64,000 nucleotides of DNA from the NCBI GenBank assembly GCA_045598285.1, contig JAZLLU010000018.1, positions 1,832 through 65,831 on the forward strand, in the 5' to 3' direction. Shown piece by piece: positions 47,102 to 55,908 of this stretch. Numbering within the stretch: position 1 is the first letter of the stretch; each line of letters begins with the position of its first letter. Made by a program: the position numbers and the translations under genes. The stretch comes from Lachnospiraceae bacterium. Its GTDB lineage: Bacteria > Bacillota > Clostridia > Lachnospirales > Lachnospiraceae. The notes under the pieces were generated by a model. The model had not been told where the DNA came from and made no database searches. It saw only the letters and a program-made list of their open reading frames with translations.

Positions 47102-48136
47102 ATGTCACTTTTTAGTAATAAAACATTATTAATAACTGGTGGAACAGGAAGTTTTGGAAACGCAGTACTTAATCGTTTTCTTGATACGGATATTGCAGAA
47201 ATCAGGATTTTTTCACGTGATGAGAAAAAACAAGACGACATGCGCCATGAGTTTCAAGTAAAGATGCCAGAGGTTGCCAATAAAATTAAATTTTACATTG
47301 GCGATGTAAGAGATATAGATTCAGTGCGTAACGCAATGCACGGAGTAAATTATATTTTCCATGCTGCAGCGCTTAAACAAGTTCCTTCATGCGAATTTTT
47401 TCCAGTGGAAGCAGTTAAAACGAATGTTCTTGGAACAGAAAATGTTTTAAATGCAGCAATAGAAGAAGGCGTTGAAAGCATTATTTGTCTTTCAACGGAT
47501 AAGGCAGCTTATCCTGTTAATGCTATGGGAACAAGCAAAGCAATGATGGAAAAAGTAATCGTTGCTAAATCTAGAAATGTTGACCCAAAGAAGACAAAAA
47601 TTTGTTGTACACGTTACGGAAATGTTATGTGTTCAAGAGGTTCAGTTATTCCGCTTTGGATAGATCAATTAAAATCCGGACAACCTCTTACTATTACAAA
47701 TCCAGACATGACTAGATTTATTATGTCTTTAGATGAAGCCGTTGATTTGGTATTGTTTGCATTCGAAAAAGGAACTAATGGAGATATCTTAGTTCAAAAA
47801 GCTCCAGCAGCATCTATTAGAACGATGGCTGAGGCGGTTTGCGAAATTTTTGATTATGATAAAAGTAATATTAAAACAATTGGAATTAGACATGGTGAAA
47901 AAATGTACGAAACACTTCTTACAAACGAAGAATGTGCTAATGCAATTGATATGGGTAACTTCTATCGCGTGCCATGCGACAAGAGAGATTTAAATTATGA
48001 TAAATATTATAACGAAGGCGATACATCTAGAAATACACTTCATGAATTTAATTCAAATAATACTGAACTTTTAGATATAGCAAAAACAAAAGAAAAAATA
48101 TCATCACTAGAATATATAAAAGAAAGACTCAAATAA
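47102..48136 (+). CDS. UDP-N-acetylglucosamine 4,6-dehydratase/5-epimerase, CapE/FnlA/WbjB-like
   Basis: Very close to the CapE pattern along its length: LLITGGTGSFGNAVLNRFLDTDIAEIRIFSRDEKKQDDMR, HAAALKQVPSCEFFPVEAVKTNVLGTENV, STDKAAYPVNAMGTSKAMMEK, RYGNVMCSRGSVIPLW. Confidence 0.85.
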   Translation: MSLFSNKTLLITGGTGSFGNAVLNRFLDTDIAEIRIFSRDEKKQDDMRHEFQVKMPEVANKIKFYIGDVRDIDSVRNAMHGVNYIFHAAALKQVPSCEFFPVEAVKTNVLGTENVLNAAIEEGVESIICLSTDKAAYPVNAMGTSKAMMEKVIVAKSRNVDPKKTKICCTRYGNVMCSRGSVIPLWIDQLKSGQPLTITNPDMTRFIMSLDEAVDLVLFAFEKGTNGDILVQKAPAASIRTMAEAVCEIFDYDKSNIKTIGIRHGEKMYETLLTNEECANAIDMGNFYRVPCDKRDLNYDKYYNEGDTSRNTLHEFNSNNTELLDIAKTKEKISSLEYIKERLK

Positions 48137-48149
48137 AATAGGAGAAGAT

Positions 48150-49577
48150 ATGAGCGATTTCGAGATAAAAATAAGTCCAGAAAAGAGTTTGCTTCCAGTT
48201 GTATTATCGTCAATCGGAGAATATGCTAAAAACTTTTTTAACGCAAAAAAAGATATTAATAAAATAATTCTTGCTACCGAAGAAGCTGTCAACAATGTTC
48301 TTGAATATAGTGTTACAGATCGTATGAAAGAAATAAAAATCACTGTTGATAGTAACGACGGAGAGTTTACTGTTTGCGTTTATGATGGTGGAATGCCAGG
48401 TGATTATGAACAGACACTTAAAGGCGAGGACAAGTTAGGACTTACTTTAATGCATGGCTTAACAGACCAGGCTTTAGTTGAAAATCTCGGAATGGATGGT
48501 AGATGTCAAAAACTTATTAAATATTATTGCCATATGCCTGACTTCAAAAAAGAAGTTAAAACTCATAAAGAGACAAAGATTATTGAAGGAGCTGAAATTA
48601 CAGTTAAGACTCCTAACAAAAATGAAATGCTTGATGTCTGCCGTGCTTTTTATAAGGAGTATGGACTTACTTATGTTAATGACATTGTTTATTACCCGGA
48701 AAGATTTTATGCTGCAGTTGCTAAAGACCAAATGCACTCAACTGTAGCTGTTGATCAAGACGGAAACTTTGCAGGACATCATTGTGCTTTTGAGTGGGAT
48801 AAGGTTCCAGGCATTTGGGAGTCGGGAATGGCTATTGTTAATAGTAACTATAGAAATGCTGGCGTATTTAAGAAGATGATGGCTCGTTCTTATAATTATG
48901 TTCATGACGAGGCTAAGGGAAAAATCTTTTTAGGCGAATGCGTTATGACTCATCCATACTCACAAAAGTTAAGACTTAGATATGATTCATTTCCTATTAG
49001 CCTTGTATTTAACGGATGCCCTCCAAATTTAGGAGAGAGCACGTTTAAGAAGGCAACAGACTATACAAGCTTTGCTTTAGCAGGATCAGCTTTCGATTTT
49101 ACGCCTAAAACAGTTTATCTTTCGGAAGAACTTCATGAGGCAGCTAATTATATTTATAATGGCTTGGGCCTTGAAAGAACAATTCTTACAGATGTTAAGG
49201 AACCTGAATTAGAGAATTCTAAAAGTGCTTATTACTTTAACAATTACACTAGAAGTGGTTCTATTAATATTACTAAAATTGGAAAAGATTATAAACAACA
49301 TATAGTTAGTAACTTACGTGAATTAAAAAGTAAGGGAACAGATTGCGTAATGCTTTACTTTTCAATAGATGAACCTTACTTTGAACATGTGTATAATGCA
49401 GCTAAAGACCTTGGATTCTTCTTTACAGGTATTATTCCAAATGCTGACCAGGGTGATGTTGTCACAATGGAAAAATTACTTCAAAGCGTTGTAAACTACG
49501 AAAGTAACGTAACAATTTCACCGTTTACAGAACTTTACGAGATGGTTCGCAAGTTAGACCCAGAACAAAATAATTAA
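48150..49577 (+). CDS. fusion protein: RsbW/SpoIIAB-like HATPase (anti-sigma kinase-like) N-domain, GNAT-like acetyltransferase domain, and an unknown C-terminal region
   Basis: N-terminal about 130 aa: ILATEEAVNNVLEYS ... ITVDSNDGEFTVCVYDGGMPGD ... LGLTLMHGLTD. The middle has a GNAT motif-A-like MAIVNSNYRNAGVFKKMM. The roughly 200-aa C-terminal part has no motif I recognise. Confidence 0.5.
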   Translation: MSDFEIKISPEKSLLPVVLSSIGEYAKNFFNAKKDINKIILATEEAVNNVLEYSVTDRMKEIKITVDSNDGEFTVCVYDGGMPGDYEQTLKGEDKLGLTLMHGLTDQALVENLGMDGRCQKLIKYYCHMPDFKKEVKTHKETKIIEGAEITVKTPNKNEMLDVCRAFYKEYGLTYVNDIVYYPERFYAAVAKDQMHSTVAVDQDGNFAGHHCAFEWDKVPGIWESGMAIVNSNYRNAGVFKKMMARSYNYVHDEAKGKIFLGECVMTHPYSQKLRLRYDSFPISLVFNGCPPNLGESTFKKATDYTSFALAGSAFDFTPKTVYLSEELHEAANYIYNGLGLERTILTDVKEPELENSKSAYYFNNYTRSGSINITKIGKDYKQHIVSNLRELKSKGTDCVMLYFSIDEPYFEHVYNAAKDLGFFFTGIIPNADQGDVVTMEKLLQSVVNYESNVTISPFTELYEMVRKLDPEQNN

Positions 49578-49596
49578 GATGGGCTTTTTTTATAAA

Positions 49597-51198
49597 TTAG
49601 TTATTGAAAATTTCAACTAAAGATTTGTAGTAAGATATTTTCTCAGGGGTGTATTCGCCCATGTTATCACTTGTTAGGAATACTCCATGAACGTTAGCGC
49701 AAGATGTCGCCAACGTTCTTTTTTTATCTTCGCTTAAATGAATATTTTTATCGCGCAAGAAGAATACATCCGGATCGTTAAGATGAGCTCTGCCGTTTAA
49801 TGGCTGGCGAACTTTTGTCGTTTCTATTGCATGTGCCGTTGAAACTATTTCTCTGTGGGCAGGGCGCATATATAAAGGCCCTTTCCAATTTAAAGAAACG
49901 TCGCAACTTACTCTACAATATTCAACCTTGCCAAAAGCAGGCCATACAGGAATGCCACAACCTAAAATTGCGTGTTCGCCACAAACTTCTCGAAGAAGGT
50001 CCATAGCACGACACATTCTTGCAGCTCTAGTTTCATTTATAGAATAAAGTTCTTTAGAAGAGATTTTTTCGTTGTTAGTAGGAGTGCCATAAGGGGCAGC
50101 ACTATATAAGAAGTCTAGTTTAACGAGGTCAAAGCCCCATTTATTAAATACTGTATTAAAAACTTCTCGGATATATGAGATAACATCCTCGTTGTCAATA
50201 TTAAGAGCGTAAAAACCGCCCCAATTGCATCCGGCTTTCCAAGGTTTATCATCAACCATTAAGAACCAATCTGGATGCTCCTTGAAAAGTACTGAAGATT
50301 CATTTGCACTAAAAGGCGCAAGCCAAAGACCAGCTTTAAAACCTTTTTCGTGAATTTTATCAGCGACAACTTTCATTCCATTAGGGAACTTTTTGGAATC
50401 CACTCTAAGCCAATCACCAACATTTTCTTCCCATCCATCATCTACTTGGAATAAGTCATCAGCATCTAAAACTTTTGCACAACCCTCTAAATCTTCTATA
50501 ACAGAAGTTTCGGTTATATTTTCGTAGCGGTTATACCAACTAGAATATCCTTTTATTTTTTTATCAGTAAGGGCATGACAATCCATTTGCGCAAACCATC
50601 CATCAAAGACTTCTGATTCACTTCCTTCACCCACGTACATATCAAACAATTTATATGTACCTTCTTTAATTGATAAACCTGCACAATCTTTTTCAAAAAT
50701 GAGTCTTCCAAAACGGTTGCTGTCCAAACCGTCTTCGGAAAAACCAATTCCCCAATTGTAAAACGATTCATAACTAATAAGTGTGTAACCAAAGTGCTCG
50801 CAGTTAGAAGCTACTAAACGATAGAAGTCGCCATCTCTAAAGTATACATAAGATTCACCGTGTAAAATACCATCCTGGTATGGATAGTTTACAAAATGAT
50901 AATCAGCATAACGATCAAGCGCGAACGCATCTATTAAAAATTTAGGAACGTGGTGAAGTCCACGGATTTTACTGTTGATAGAATATTCTGGGCAGTGTGT
51001 CCAAGTTTGGTAGCCGTTGATAAAAATCTTTTCATCTTCTTTTATGCCCCATGGAACGAAAACTTTAGCACTTAAAATAACCCCTTCAGGAAGAGAAGGT
51101 TCGATTACTAAATGAGTATTTTCTGGGCAGACTTCTCCTGAAAAAACGTGAACGCCGTCATTTGTATCCACTAGAATTTCATAACTGAAAGTTTTCAT
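49597..51198 (-). CDS. alpha-galactosidase-like glycoside hydrolase (clan GH-D, GH36-like)
   Basis: FQVDDGWEENVGDW (DDGW motif) and FDLVKLDFLY (K-x-D nucleophile context). GGAGG Shine-Dalgarno. Confidence 0.7.
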   Translation of the reverse strand: MKTFSYEILVDTNDGVHVFSGEVCPENTHLVIEPSLPEGVILSAKVFVPWGIKEDEKIFINGYQTWTHCPEYSINSKIRGLHHVPKFLIDAFALDRYADYHFVNYPYQDGILHGESYVYFRDGDFYRLVASNCEHFGYTLISYESFYNWGIGFSEDGLDSNRFGRLIFEKDCAGLSIKEGTYKLFDMYVGEGSESEVFDGWFAQMDCHALTDKKIKGYSSWYNRYENITETSVIEDLEGCAKVLDADDLFQVDDGWEENVGDWLRVDSKKFPNGMKVVADKIHEKGFKAGLWLAPFSANESSVLFKEHPDWFLMVDDKPWKAGCNWGGFYALNIDNEDVISYIREVFNTVFNKWGFDLVKLDFLYSAAPYGTPTNNEKISSKELYSINETRAARMCRAMDLLREVCGEHAILGCGIPVWPAFGKVEYCRVSCDVSLNWKGPLYMRPAHREIVSTAHAIETTKVRQPLNGRAHLNDPDVFFLRDKNIHLSEDKKRTLATSCANVHGVFLTSDNMGEYTPEKISYYKSLVEIFNN

Positions 51199-51210
51199 AA
51201 TTGCCTCCGT

Positions 51211-53550
51211 TTAGAGCTCGGATTTTACTGTATCAATCTTAAATTCTACACTTTCTTGCATTCCATCAGCAGTATAGATAAGAAGTTTTCCTTCACCGCT
51301 AACACCATAAGAAGAAACAATTGTTCCACCCATGCCGCCTTCAGCAGTAATAACAAAAGGCCCATTTAGTTTAATCATACCTTCAGTTGAAAAACCAATA
51401 GGCATTTGCGCATAACTAGCTAGATTGTTATTTTCATCAAGAATACGGATACGAATAAGAGACATATCGTAAGCATCACCATCTGTTAAGTGGGTTTTAG
51501 ACACTTTGACATCTAAGTGTAGATTGCTTGAAGGAGAGTAAGTTTTGCTAAGTATAACTTTACCATCTTTAATAGCATCAAAACGCCATTTCGTAGATGT
51601 ATCGCCCCAATTGCCGACATATTTGCCGTATAAATTCATACCGTCTTCCATATTCATCTTATATTTAAGCATACAAAAGCCGAGTTTTAGTTTGTCTTTG
51701 AGAGGCATTTTAGAAAGGCCATATTTTTCAGCACTTAGCAAACATTCTCTAAGAATTTTAGCTTTTTTTCCATCAAAGCCTTCTTCTGTTTGCAATAAAT
51801 CTCCGATTGTATCATCAATTTCTATTGGCCCGTGATTTAAGGCCTGATAAGGGGTTCCTGAAAAAGACTTAACAAAGACATCGTTTTTATAAAGTTTTAC
51901 TTCATCGGCATTTGTAAATGCATATATTTTACCTTTTTGGAAAGCAGGGTAGTCACCAGTTTCGAAGTTAGAACCAATTTCCAAAACAGGATTATCACCC
52001 TGACTAGAATAGGTGTAAGCTGCAAGTTTAGGATTTCTAAATTGATCTAAAACTCCGTGATAGCACATTCTATCACCGCTGCCAAAATCCTTGTGAGTAG
52101 CATAATCAAACATACACCACTGGAAACAACCTATATGGGTACCACTTGCTATAGCACTATTTAGTACAGTCGCATGTCTTAAAGCTTGCTCTTGACGATG
52201 ACTCAAATCGTCGAAAGATTTAGTTGGGAACATATGACCATTGCTTTCACTAATAAGCAATGGTTTATTGCCACGAACAACTGCGCTCTTAGGACGGCAG
52301 CCTTTTCCGGTGCCATCGTATGAAAAATCGTTATAAGCATAAACATCTTCTAAAAGATGACTTTTCTCAATAAAGCGAACACCACTAGTGGCTCTGCTAG
52401 GGTCAAGTTCATGTGCCGCTGCGTTTGTTTTTTTGTATAAGTCATCATTGTCTTGGCTTTCGTTGATACGAACACCCCAAAGAATAATTGACGGATGGTT
52501 TCTATATTGAAGAACCATCTCGCGAGTTGTTTTTATGGCTACGTTTTGCCACATTCTATCCCCTATATATTGCCATCCTGGAATTTCAGTAAAAACTAAA
52601 AGCCCAAGTTTATCACATTCGTCAATAAAATATTTGCTTTGAGGGTAGTGCGAAGTTCTTACAGCGTTGCAGCACAGTTCCTCTTTTAAGATACGAGCAT
52701 CTTCTCTTTGTAAAGATTCAGAAGCGGCGTATCCTACGAAAGGAAAACTTTGGTGACGATTTAGTCCGCGCAAGAAAATCTTTTCGCCATTTAGATAAAA
52801 ACCGTCCGGCTTAAAATCAAGTGTTCTAACACCGAAAGTCGTCTCAAAAATATCCTCTGAATCATTTTCGTAAGTTCTAGCGGTACATGAATATAATTGA
52901 GGATTATCAATTGACCAAAGTTCAGGTTCTTCGATAAAAAGATCAACGCTTAGAGGACAATCCTTTAAGAGTGATACTAAACTTCCGTTAGGACCATATA
53001 TTTCTAAATCAGTTGAATCAGGATTGCCGTTGATTTTAATATCTATATGAATATTTTGAGTGTCTTTTGTGTAGATGAAAACATCTTCAATATAAGTTTG
53101 TGGACGAATATCAAGCCAAACATCTCTATAAAGTCCGCCATAAGTAAGATAGTCAATAACGCCACCAAAAGGAGGAATATTTTGACTTTCGTTGCAATCA
53201 ACCATAACTGCTAGTTGATTATCGCCATCTTTAACATAATCTGTGATATCAACTTTAAAAGATGTATAGCCGCCTTTGTGGTCATCGACACTTTTTCCGT
53301 TCATGAAAATTTCAGCACTATGAGCGGCGCCATCAAATTGCAAGAAGATTTTATTTCCAATATATTCTTTTGGAATATTAATTATTTTTCTATATCCGCA
53401 GATCGTTTCATAATTTTTTGGGTCAGCATAGTGAAGAGGCACTTCGCACACATTATGTGGTAAGCGCACAAGCTCCTCTCTGCCAACGAAGTTTAAAAAT
53501 TCTTCGGACCATGTATAGGTAAATTCCCAATTGTTATTAATTCTTATCAA
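51211..53550 (-). CDS. glycoside hydrolase family 2 protein (beta-galactosidase-like)
   Basis: NAVRTSHYPQ and the acid/base region ILWGVRINES. The proposed start is TTG 53550, preceded by AGGGGAAG, giving M-IRINNNWEF. The ORF-track ATG at 53649 adds 33 atypical residues and has no Shine-Dalgarno. Confidence 0.85.
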   Translation of the reverse strand: MIRINNNWEFTYTWSEEFLNFVGREELVRLPHNVCEVPLHYADPKNYETICGYRKIINIPKEYIGNKIFLQFDGAAHSAEIFMNGKSVDDHKGGYTSFKVDITDYVKDGDNQLAVMVDCNESQNIPPFGGVIDYLTYGGLYRDVWLDIRPQTYIEDVFIYTKDTQNIHIDIKINGNPDSTDLEIYGPNGSLVSLLKDCPLSVDLFIEEPELWSIDNPQLYSCTARTYENDSEDIFETTFGVRTLDFKPDGFYLNGEKIFLRGLNRHQSFPFVGYAASESLQREDARILKEELCCNAVRTSHYPQSKYFIDECDKLGLLVFTEIPGWQYIGDRMWQNVAIKTTREMVLQYRNHPSIILWGVRINESQDNDDLYKKTNAAAHELDPSRATSGVRFIEKSHLLEDVYAYNDFSYDGTGKGCRPKSAVVRGNKPLLISESNGHMFPTKSFDDLSHRQEQALRHATVLNSAIASGTHIGCFQWCMFDYATHKDFGSGDRMCYHGVLDQFRNPKLAAYTYSSQGDNPVLEIGSNFETGDYPAFQKGKIYAFTNADEVKLYKNDVFVKSFSGTPYQALNHGPIEIDDTIGDLLQTEEGFDGKKAKILRECLLSAEKYGLSKMPLKDKLKLGFCMLKYKMNMEDGMNLYGKYVGNWGDTSTKWRFDAIKDGKVILSKTYSPSSNLHLDVKVSKTHLTDGDAYDMSLIRIRILDENNNLASYAQMPIGFSTEGMIKLNGPFVITAEGGMGGTIVSSYGVSGEGKLLIYTADGMQESVEFKIDTVKSEL

Positions 53551-53671
53551 CTTTTCTTCCCCTATAATGCCTATGTATTGCGTGCATAAGCTGTATTGTT
53601 CTAGATTTATTTTATCACATTTCAAGTCATTTTTTGATATAATTAGCATATTAAATATGGGGGATTTTATT

Positions 53672-55096
53672 ATGAAAGAATTAAAACTTAACTATAAAAG
53701 AACATTTCTTATTGGGTTCGCCTTTTTTGGAATATTGCTTTTGTGGCAAGTCTACGATTCATGGTGCCCGACATTTCTCACTGATATATTCGCAAATAAT
53801 ATGTATGGCTTAACATCAGCTGAACTTAAACTTAGCGATCCGGCTAAAATATTAAATGTCCAATGGATTGTTGGAATTATTATGGCATGTGATAATCTCG
53901 CGGCATTAGTTATGCTTCCTATTTTCGGAAGACTTTCAGATAAAACTAAAAGCCCTATCGGAAAACGTATGCCTTTTATCATTGTAGGAACAGTTGTTTC
54001 GGCAATTGCATTTCCGTTTGTTCCACTTTTCTTCCATAACAATAATATCGTTGGAATGGTTATCATGATGTTAATCGTTTTATTGTTTATGATGATGTAT
54101 AGAAACCCAGCAGTTTCACTTATGCCTGATATTACTCCTAAACCTTTAAGAGCTAGGGCTAACGGCATTATTAATATCATGGGTTATATAGGCGGAGCGT
54201 TTGCAACGGTGCTTGGAATTTTCCTTAAACTTTCTGACTATATCAACGTAGCTGATAGAGCAGATAAAGTATGGATTATTGAAATTCCTTTTATTGTTGC
54301 TTCTGTTTTGATGGTTGTTTCGGCAGTAGTTTTATTCATCACAATTAAAGAAAATAAACTTGAAGAAGAACTTAAAGAAGATATGCAAGAGGGCGAGCGC
54401 CAAGCAGCAATCGAAAATCCTGTTACTGATGACGGGCCGATGACTCCTGCAAATAAAAAGATGCTTCTTGCCATCTTAGGCGCAGAGTTCTTATGGTTTA
54501 TGGCTGATAACGCAGTTGGTACATATATTGGAAACTATGTAATTTACTACTTGAATTCAGTTTCATCAGCAACAATGATCCTTACAATCGTTGGCGGTGT
54601 TGCTAGTGTAGTTGGTTTTGCAATTGGTGGAAAAGTTGCTGACAAAATCGGAAGAAAGTGGACAATTTGTATCGGCTTGCTTCTTTCAGTTCTTGCTTTA
54701 ATACTTGCGATTTTTGCAAAACCTACAGGAGTTGTTACTGGCGAAAATGGCGAATTTTCATTCCCAATTATTCTTTATGTTTCATGGGTAATTAAAGGAT
54801 TTGGAATGTCGCTAGTACATAACTGTTCATTTCCGATGGTTGTTGAGCTTTGTTCATCAAAACATATCGGAAAATTCACGGGATATTATTACGCAGCTAG
54901 TATGGCAGCACAAACTGTCACACCTGTGCTTCTTGGATTTATCTTCATGAAGAGCGGCGCTTGGAGAGCACTTCCAATCTACAGTACAATCCTTCTTGCA
55001 CTTAGCGCAGTAGTATTTATTCTTTTCGTTAAGAATATAAAAGCTAAAAAAGTTGAAAACGCAAAAGGCCTTGAGGCTTTTGCAGATGAGGATTAA
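53672..55096 (+). CDS. MFS transporter, SLC45/sucrose-symporter-like
   Basis: GKRMPFIIVGT and LMPDITPKPLRARANGIINIMGYIGGAF resemble SUT/SLC45 motifs. ATG 53672 (GGGGGA Shine-Dalgarno) is preferred over the ORF-track start at 53531. Confidence 0.72.
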   Translation: MKELKLNYKRTFLIGFAFFGILLLWQVYDSWCPTFLTDIFANNMYGLTSAELKLSDPAKILNVQWIVGIIMACDNLAALVMLPIFGRLSDKTKSPIGKRMPFIIVGTVVSAIAFPFVPLFFHNNNIVGMVIMMLIVLLFMMMYRNPAVSLMPDITPKPLRARANGIINIMGYIGGAFATVLGIFLKLSDYINVADRADKVWIIEIPFIVASVLMVVSAVVLFITIKENKLEEELKEDMQEGERQAAIENPVTDDGPMTPANKKMLLAILGAEFLWFMADNAVGTYIGNYVIYYLNSVSSATMILTIVGGVASVVGFAIGGKVADKIGRKWTICIGLLLSVLALILAIFAKPTGVVTGENGEFSFPIILYVSWVIKGFGMSLVHNCSFPMVVELCSSKHIGKFTGYYYAASMAAQTVTPVLLGFIFMKSGAWRALPIYSTILLALSAVVFILFVKNIKAKKVENAKGLEAFADED

Positions 55097-55098
55097 TA

Positions 55099-55896
55099 AT
55101 GAAATCGTTGAATAAAAGAAGCGATGAAGAAATAAATAAGTTTTTTCATTGGAACTATGCACATAGAGGACTTCACGATATTGAAAATAAAGTACCCGAA
55201 AACTCTTTAAGGGCTTTTGCTCTTGCAGCAGAAGCTGGTTATGGAGCAGAGTTAGATGTTCAACTTTCTAAAGATGGACAAGTAGTAGTATTTCATGATG
55301 ACGACTTAAAAAGAGTTTGTGGCATAGACAAAAGAGTTGATGAATTTACTTTTGAAGAATTAAATAAGATGTCTCTTTTAGGAACAGATCAAACAATTCC
55401 TTTGTTTACTGAGGTCTTAGAAGTTTTTGGAAAAGGAGATGGACCGTTAATTGTTGAACTTAAGACTGGCCCAAATAATAATGAGCTTTGCAAAAAAACT
55501 TATGACATCTTAAAAACATACAAAAAAGATTTTTGCATTGAATCTTTTAACCCATTCATAGTCAAGTGGTTTAAAGATAATGCTCCGGAAATTTTTAGAG
55601 GGCAACTTGCAACATATCCAGAAGCTTATGGGAATACTTATCCAAAATTGTTTTGTAACATGCTTTCAAATTGCAAATTTACTTTTATGAATAAACCGGA
55701 TTTTATTGCGTATTATAATTTTGCAGATGCGAAAGAAAATGCAAAAACTTCTTTAAGAAAAAGGCCAAAAGCAATTGCTCGTTTAAGAGAGAAGGGAACA
55801 ATGCTTTTGGCATGGACTTCAAGAAATCCTGACATAGATCAAGAAAAAAATGATGGTGTTATTTTCGAAAAATATCGTCCATCAACAAAGTACTAA
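55099..55896 (+). CDS. glycerophosphodiester phosphodiesterase family protein
   Basis: HRGLHD ... PENSLRAF ... ELDVQLSKDGQVVVFHDDDL. 2-nt gap after the MFS gene. Confidence 0.85.
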   Translation: MKSLNKRSDEEINKFFHWNYAHRGLHDIENKVPENSLRAFALAAEAGYGAELDVQLSKDGQVVVFHDDDLKRVCGIDKRVDEFTFEELNKMSLLGTDQTIPLFTEVLEVFGKGDGPLIVELKTGPNNNELCKKTYDILKTYKKDFCIESFNPFIVKWFKDNAPEIFRGQLATYPEAYGNTYPKLFCNMLSNCKFTFMNKPDFIAYYNFADAKENAKTSLRKRPKAIARLREKGTMLLAWTSRNPDIDQEKNDGVIFEKYRPSTKY

Positions 55897-55908
55897 AGAA
55901 GCACGTTG

